Below are positions 53,381 through 64,000 of a stretch of DNA of 64,000 nucleotides, piece after piece. Both the position numbers and the translations under genes were made by a program. Numbering within the stretch: the stretch's first letter is position 1; every line of letters begins with the position of its first letter. The notes beneath the pieces were generated by a model that saw only the letters and a program-made list of their open reading frames with translations, was not told the origin of the DNA and did no database searches. This stretch comes from the human T2T-CHM13v2.0 reference genome, Homo sapiens. The stretch lies in the NCBI RefSeq assembly GCF_009914755.1, contig NC_060930.1; one strand, written 5' to 3'.

Positions 53381-55375
53381 TAATAGGTATGTGATGTTAG
53401 GCAGGCTCTTGGGAGGGATATAGTCCCTCTGTAATAGGGACATCCTTGAGGGCAGGGTGCATTCTCTCTCTGTCTTTCTCTCTGTCTCTCTCTGCCTCCT
53501 TCTCCCATCACTTCAGTGTCGACATTCTTTTGGTTCATTGTAGATAATAACCGGATGAATGTTCTCAAACATAGTCTCTGGCTTTCCATGAAGCTGCCTT
53601 GAATGACACATTATGCTATAGAGAAAGTTCAGCAAACTCTCAGTGTGTAGAGTCTTACAAATTGAATTATCGTTTTAGGGCTCACCTAAAAACATTTTTA
53701 TGATGTTTAATCCATTTGTGTTTCCAACCCTGACCTACAGGGGACAATGCCTTGCTTTTATTTTTTACTTGTTTTTCTTTTTTGGCTAGATGGCAGATTA
53801 ACAGAGGATGGGAAAAGAATGCCAAAAATGCAACTTGGGGACTAAACCACCATTTTCGTCTTTTATGTTTAGTTTTGATCTTGACCTCCTGGAGCATTTT
53901 CATGGAAAAGGCAGTTCCAGGATTCTTTGTGGCCTCTTCCACAGGAGAAAGTAAAGGAGCTAGAGGCCTCTAAAAATTTAGTTATTGAAGAACTGAAGTT
54001 ATTCACAGCAACCTGGCAGAAGAGAATGTGAAATACGTGGGTCTCAGGTAAGAGGCTTGTTCATCTAGAATGGTGAGTGAGAATCAGGATGTCTGAGACT
54101 GACAAGCAGAGTGGCAGCGGTTCCAGCTACTGGAGAAACATAAAAATAGGATTCCAGAAAAATGACAACTAGAAGTTTCCTGGGTCTGACAGTGTTGAGA
54201 GCTGCAGTGAATAATGACTTCAATTTACAGGAAAACATAAATAGAAGGGGTCTGGAAGTTGATCCAGAAATGTTTTTAATCATTATTGTGTCTTATAACT
54301 GTATGACACTTTATCAGCTACAGAATTCATGAAGTGACTGGATGTAAGCAGTAGGGTGAGGTAGCAGGTATCCTTGTTTTGTAGGATAAGAACTGCGGCT
54401 GGGAGACTGAGTAGAAACAGAGCTAGTAAATGGATTAGCCAGAATCAGGATGGAGAGGTTTGGGTCAAAATTAAATGTTCTTTCCACTGCTCTGAGCTGC
54501 CTGGTACTTTATCTTCTGCATGACAAAAGGTGCAGAAAGATCTATAGCAGTGACATTAATGCCACAAATTCTGCTTTCAGTGGGCACCTACTGATGCGAC
54601 ACACTTTGTGCAACCATATATGTAGAGCAATCATAGAATGTGACACATGTAGGGGGTCTGAGAACTCCTCTATTATAGCCCAGACTTCTCAGTTACTGAG
54701 GAGAAAATCCTTAACGTGTGACTCAGGGAACAACAGGAAGTTGGGTTAGAGCTTTGTTCCTCTATTCCTACTATGCAGTCCAGGATGGAGGCCTTCCTTC
54801 TTTATCCTAGGCACTCCCCACAGGAGAGGGGCTGGTCTCTCTTCAGTGTTGCAAAGGAAAACATTGCCCTAGAGCTCTTTTTCTGTAGTGAAAACCATTC
54901 TTCCATTTCTTCCGATGAGGAAATAAAGTTGAAAAATTAAACAACATTCCTTATTTCTATCAGCATAGGTAACTATAAGAATCTCTGGTTTCTTACCTAA
55001 ACTCACTCAATAAAGTATTGCAAACAATTTCAGAATGCTTATTTTATGAATCAGTTTATCACATTTCTTGGAACTGAGGACCAAAATCAATATTTCCTTG
55101 TAAGTATGTTTCTTATTTGTTCTTGAAAGTAGAAAAGTAGTACATATAAAGTACTTACACAATACCGGATACAAAGTAACAATCCATGTTTAGTATTATC
55201 TTTAACTCACTCTATAGCATCACTCTATCAAGACATATAAACCTTCAGAATGCACTACTATAGCAATTTAGTTGTTCCATTTGTTCTTTCCTTTGCTGCA
55301 CTAGAAGAGTAGAATGTAACGATTTCTATTACTTTCTGGATATGTTTGCCATGTAAGCCATTTCTGTCCACACGA

Positions 55376-55667
<292 letters not shown>

Positions 55668-55689
55668 AAACATACAATTTAGATAGGCT

Positions 55690-56220
55690 GTGGTTTTTAG
55701 AATCCGTCAATACCAACTTTTAAAGATCAAGGAGAATTGAGTTACAGAGACACCACAGAGAAGCCTGAAGAAGCAAAGAGGGGTTTTCCCTAGACTAGCA
55801 AGATCTTCCACTAGACTGGCAAGAGATGAGATGGCTGAGCCCTAGAGACCTGAGTCCCGAAAGGTCTGATGGAACTGTGAGACCAAAAAAGTCAGGGCAG
55901 AAGGGAACGCAGGCTCCAGTGTTCCTAGCCATGCTGAGTGAGGCCTAGAAACGACAGGGCACCATGGGATTTCAATGGACTGTAATGATGACAGAGGCAA
56001 ACTTGAAACCCTGGTGAATGGAGGTGCTTGTCTCTCTTTCTAGGTAATAGGTAATATCCCTAATTCCACGGTGATGCTGAGAAGCAGAGGGCGCCCTCAG
56101 AAGTAGTTTCTCTTAAGGAATTTGCAGCTGGCCTACAAGAACAGGACCACAGAATCAGGTCCTGTAAAAGGGTATGTAAAAGTTGTATTTTTTGCACATC
56201 TGTCTTGTATTCTGAGTCAC
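55690..56220 (+). mobile_element. Possible ancient LTR (LTR85/88 gypsy-like group)
   Basis: TG start and an end resembling TAAAAGTTGTATTTTTTGCACATCTG; weak recognition. Confidence 0.3.
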
Positions 56221-56370
56221 ACTCCTCTCATTGATTATCCTTCACAATAGCCGTTGTTTTAACAGCGTTATGGAGATAAAGTTGAGATGGCATATAATTC
56301 ACCCATTTAAAGTATAAGATTCAATGGCTTTTAGTATATTCACAGAGTTGTACAAGTGTTACCACAATCA

Positions 56371-58002
<1,632 letters not shown>

Positions 58003-58013
58003 TAAAAAGTGTT

Positions 58014-58290
58014 CTTTGCAAATTTCAAATAAACAATACCATAAGATTAACTATAGTCACCAGGTTATACTTTGGATTGCCAGAAATTATTCATCTTATA
58101 ACTGAAAGTTTGTATCCTTTGAACAATATCTCCCAATTTCTCCCACTCCTCAGACCCTGGCAACCACCATTATTTGTTAAGAGAGTAGATCTTGAATGTT
58201 GTCAACACTCACACACACACACAACTCTGTGAGGTGATGGATGTGTTAACTTGATTGTGCAATTTTTCACAATATTTACATATATCAAAG
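58014..58290. mobile_element. L1MA 3'UTR fragment with internal inversion
   Basis: 58014-58171 is antisense L1MA 3'UTR; 58172-58290 is the sense continuation starting ATTTGTTAAGAGAGTAGATC. Confidence 0.8.
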
Positions 58291-59444
58291 TAAAAAAATG
58301 TTAATTTCTTTCCAAAGAAACCCAAGGCCCTTAGCTGTTACCCACTCAATCATCCCATTCCGCAGAGATCCAGGCAATCACTAATCTACTTTCTCTCTTT
58401 GCAGATTTGCTTCTTCTGGATATTTCATATAAATGGAATCATATCACCTGTGGTCCTTTGTGTCTGGCTTCTTTTGCTTAATGTTTTCAAGGCTTGTCCA
58501 TGTTGTAGCACTTATCAATATATCAATATGCTGTATTTTTCTTTTTAAATTAAGACTATATATTTTTGGAGCAGTTTTAGGTTCACAGCAAAATTGAGAG
58601 GTACAGAGATTTTCCACATATCCCCTTTTATCTCTTTTTATTGCCAAGTAAAATTCTGTTGTATGGTTATACCACATTTTATTATCCATTCATCTGTTGA
58701 TGGACATTTGAATACTTTTCACTTCTTGGCTATTATGAATAGTGCTGCTATAAACATTTGTGTTTTTGTTTGAGTAGCTGTTTCAAGTCTCTTGGGATAT
58801 ACCTAGGAGTAGACTTTCTGGATCATATGGTAAGCTCTATGCTTAACCAGTTGAGGAAATGCCAAAGTGTTTTCCAAAGCAATTGCCCGATTTTCCATTC
58901 CTACCACCAGAGGATCCCAATTTCTCCATATTTTCACCAACACTTGCAATTATGTGTCTTTTTAATTATAGCTATCCAAGTGGATGTGAAGTGGTATCTC
59001 ATTATAGCTTTAATTTACATTACCCTGATGGCTAATTATGTCAAACACCTTTTCATGTGCTTGTGCCTATTGTCTATTTGTATGTCTTCTTTGGAGAACT
59101 GAATTACTTTTCAGATTCTTTGCTCATTTTCTAAAACTTGGGTTGTCTCTTTATTTTGAGGATCTTTCACTTTCTTAATGATGTCTTTTGAAGTACAAAA
59201 GTTTTTTAATTCTGATGACATTCCAGCTTATCTATTTGGTTGCTTGTGCTTTTGATGTCACATCCAAGAAATCATTGTCTAATCCAAGGTAATAAATATT
59301 TTCACCTATGTTTTCTTCCAAGAATTTCATAGTTTTAGGTCTTATATTTATTTGATTCATTTTGAGTTTGTTTTTGTAATATGGTATAAGGGAAGGGGGT
59401 GCCACTTTATTATTTTGCATAGGGATATCCAGTTGTCCCACACT

Positions 59445-59610
59445 CTTGAATTAAGGTTATATTATGCCTATTTAGTCTGTGAAGAAACTGAGGCTCAGAG
59501 AACTAAAGTGATTGGCTCACTATCATATGGAGCTAAATGGCCAAGCCAGAATTTGAACTTGAGTCTTCCCACAATGCAACCAATATTCTTTCTGTTAGGC
59601 TATAGCTGCT
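59445..59610 (-). mobile_element. MIR SINE
   Basis: TGAAGAAACTGAGGCTCAGAGAACTAAAGTGA. Confidence 0.75.
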
Positions 59611-59709
59611 GCCCTATTTCTATTTCCAACCACAAAGAACTTAGACATCAAATGGATTTTTTAAGCTATTTTTAATTATTATTTCCCTTATTTTGAAACA
59701 TAAAGAAAA

Positions 59710-60688
<979 letters not shown>

Positions 60689-61593
60689 TAATTATCAGAC
60701 AAATAAATGCAAATTAAAACCACAATGAGATATCACCTCACATCTGTTAAACTGGCTATTACAAAAAAAGATGGAAGATAACAAGTGTTGCCAACGAAGT
60801 GGAGAAAAGAAAATCCTGTACACTGTTGGTGGAAATATAAATTAGTACAGCCATTTTGAAAAACAGTATGGAGGTTCCACAAAAAACTAAAAATAGAATT
60901 ACTATATGATCCAGCAACCTCATTTCTAGGTATATATCCAAAGGAACTTAAATCAGTATGTCTAAGAGATATCTGTGCTCCCTTGTTCACTGCAGCATTA
61001 TTCTCAATAGCCAAGATATGAAAACAACTGAAGTGCCATCAACAGATGAATGGATTTTTAAAATGTGGTACACACACACACACACACAATAGAATACTAT
61101 TCAGCCTTTAAAAAGCAGAAATTCTGTCATTTGCAACAACATGAGTGAATATAGAATGCATTATCCTAAGTGAAATAAGCCAGGCACAGAGAAACAAATA
61201 CTGCATGATTTCACTTACATGTGAAATTTTTAAAAGTTGAACTCATAGAAGGAGAATAGTGGTTACCAGAGGCTGGGAAGGTAAGGTAACTGGAGAAAGA
61301 AGAAATGTTGGTCAAAGGGTACAAACTTTCTGTTAGAAAAAATAGGTTCTGGTGATCTTTTGTACAGCATGGTGACTGTACATGATGACATGTTAATAGT
61401 AATGTATATTTTTAAATAGCTAAAGGAGTGGTTTTAGATATTATCACCATAAAGAAAAGTATTTAAGGTGATGAATATGTTAATTAGCCTGATTTAATCA
61501 TTCCACAGTGCATACTTGTATCGAAATATCATATTGGACTCCATAGATATATATAATTATTATTTGTCAATAAAACTTAAAAAAATAAAATAA
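60689..61593 (+). mobile_element. L1MA (L1MA5-7-like) 3' end
   Basis: AATGCAAATTAAAACCACAATGAGATATCACCTCAC through TATTTGTCAATAAAAC and an A-rich tail. Confidence 0.88.
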
Positions 61594-62384
61594 TAGTCCT
61601 GATCATCATTCAGGAAAAGGTCTTTAATTTGCAACATATTCTAATGAGCTAAATATTCTTCCTATTTGTATATGTTTGCATAAGATATCGATTAGTGATC
61701 TAATACCAAGAAGAATTGTTTTTCTTAAACAGAAATATGTTTATGACAGAGTTGGTTAAAGTCACCTAATCAACAATATTTGATATTTGTTTTATATTTA
61801 TTATGTGCTAGGCTTTGTGTTACAGTACTAATTCAAGCCATGGCAACCCTGAAGAGAATATCTTAGTAGCTCAATTATAGTCCCAGGGCTTAGGGAGATA
61901 GGGTAACTTGCAAAAGTATACACAATCAGATGCAATAGAGTTGAACTTTGAATGCATAATATTGGATATCAAAGTTTCTATTATGAACCTCTGTGCTTTA
62001 CTCTCTGTAAGAATAGGTATGATGCTAAGGACACAGTTGGGTGCCTAATACATGTTTTTTGCTTTTGAATGTCTCATTATGTGAGTTAAATAACCTATAT
62101 GACCCACTCAGAAATCATTTTGTGTGTGGATTCTTTTCTATATAATAAACCAATCAATTGCTTAGAAAATAAAATATAACGGCCAACATATAAATTTGAC
62201 TACAATGTTATGTATGACTTTAAAAAAATTATTGTATAGCATATCCATAAAATCATTTTGGTATAATCATACTGACACCATCGAGGTGGTATTCAGCTTG
62301 CTGAAACTTATTCCTGTAAATAAAATCAGATTCGAGAAAAGAGGACTAAAGACATAGAAAGAGAATAGAAACCAGAGAATTTCA

Positions 62385-62750
62385 TTTCCAAGGTTGTTCA
62401 GGTAGGCTAGTTTATGCTGTGGCAACAAACGTCAGTGTGTCTCTTCCATGCTGCATGTCCAGCGTGGGTTTTGAAAAAGGACATTTTCTTTCTCGCTAAC
62501 ACTCAGGGACCCAGGCTGATGGAGGCTCTGCCTTTCTGTTGCTGCATAGCTCCGCTGTTATGGCCACAGAGGAAGAAGATAATAAAGTCAATTTTTATCC
62601 ATATGTCTACCTTGCATCTTGAAATTGACAAACATCACCTCTACTTATAGCCCATTGGCCCAAAGTAGTCACATGACCCTGTATAACTGTCAAGGTGCTG
62701 GGACTGTGGGGAAGCACCTCACATTCTTCAGGCACTAAATGTATCTGTCA
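62385..62750 (-). mobile_element. MLT1 (MaLR) LTR
   Basis: ACTCAGGGACCCAGGCTGATGGAGG..CCATTGGCCCAAAGTAGTCACATGACC. Confidence 0.7.
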
Positions 62751-63069
62751 CAGAGAGCTTATCTAGTCCACTGTCTTTCAAAATGTGCACCTTTGAAACA
62801 TAGGGCTTTGCAGAGTTGTGTAATGAGTCCTGGAAATAATAAAGTACAGTCAACTAAATAATAAACATGAAAACCACCGGATGGATTTTATCAACTGTTA
62901 AGTGCTTTTTTATTAGAAGAGCTATAAATTATTGTGTCGTGGAAAGAAGGAAAAGTTTTGCAGCCAACAGAAGTTGGGAATTCACTCATGTGCTTCATTT
63001 TTTTCTGTTTTCAAAGAATCATTCACTTAAAAAATCTCACCCAGATTAAAGCTGTCTTGACCAGCCACT

Positions 63070-63115
63070 TAACATCCTGCAATGTCTTATAACATCCTGC
63101 AATGTCTTATAACAT
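63070..63115. repeat. Perfect 20-bp tandem duplication
   Basis: TAACATCCTGCAATGTCTTA x2 followed by TAACAT. Confidence 0.95.
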
Positions 63116-63854
63116 GATATTTCTCCTGCTTGTGTTTTAGCTTCATAAGCAATAAAGCCAGGATGTTAAGCTGGTATTTCTAATTACGTATTACAATTCT
63201 ATACATGCTAGTTTTCAACAACAACAAAATCAAAGGAAAGTTCACATGTGTTGTGAAGCAACCACCATACCCCCTCTTCTAAGACTCTCTTTTTTTATAA
63301 TTCTCTGCAAAATTCCAAGTTACCTGAAAACAAAGCTTAAAAATAAGGCTATTCTGTATCTAGCTGGTACCTGTCTCCACCAGAAGAGAAAAATCCATAA
63401 GTCTTCTTTATCTTATAGTCCATTGGGTCTCTACTGATCGGGATTACTTTTGTGAGAAAACAAAGTAGAATGCTACTCCAAAAAAAAAAAAAAAAGCAAA
63501 AAAGAAGCCAATTGCTGTTAATATGTCTATTATATTGTAGATATAAACACATAGACAATGCATGCTATAATATATCATTCAAATTTATAACACTTGTTCA
63601 ACGTTTACGCTTACATGCCCTTCCTAAAAATATATATTTTATCAGATTTTTTTCCCTTAAAACAGTGAATGACTCCCTCCCACATCTGGTAGGTCTCATT
63701 CTAGGCCAGTTTATGGCACAGTTCCCATAAGGGGACAAGGATCTGGAGAAAGAAACTGAAGAGGAAGAAATGCTGAGGAGCACACAACAGTACTTCTCTT
63801 TTCTCTTTCCTTTGTAATACAGGCTACACAACAAACTAACCACTTTTTGAAACA

Positions 63855-64000
63855 TTTTTTATAGATATAGGTTCTTGCTATGTTGCCCAGCCTGAAGTGC
63901 ACAATCACTACACACTACAGCCTGGAACTTCTAGGCTCAAGCTATCCTCCCACTTCAGCCTCCCAGATAGCTGGGACTACAGGCTCACCCCACAAACTAA
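63855..64000 (-). mobile_element. Old Alu (AluJ/FAM/FRAM-like), cut by the window edge
   Basis: TTGCTATGTTGCCCAG..CAGCCTGGAACTTCTAGGCTCAAGCTATCCTCCCACTTCAGCCTCCC..AGCTGGGACTACAGG. Confidence 0.85.

Overview
AT-rich, CpG-depleted primate (very likely human) genomic DNA. It is mostly interspersed repeats: about 10 Alus, L1 fragments of several ages, many MIR/L2/L3 relics, MER21 and MLT1 LTRs, and MER5A and MADE1 DNA transposons. One CpG island (about 14.4-15.7 kb) looks like the promoter and first exon of a minus-strand gene. If so, 1-14.8 kb is intron 1 and 15.7-64 kb is upstream intergenic sequence. The exon has no AUG but carries a 58-nt ACG-started poly-proline frame ending at a phase-1 donor. 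From recall only, this may be the distal GRIP1 promoter; that is unverified. No intact protein-coding gene, RNA gene or CRISPR array is supported, and the ORF-track entries come from repeats or base composition. I do not see a new multi-gene system. The most notable observations are the non-AUG poly-Pro exon, an intronic (GGGGGC)6 repeat, a compound insertion with two inverted L1 pieces at one target site (56.4-58.3 kb), a poly(A)-only insertion with a target-site duplication (TSD), and a palindrome-rich AT tract. Repeat family names come from recognising consensus sequence by eye, and the boundaries of old repeats are approximate.
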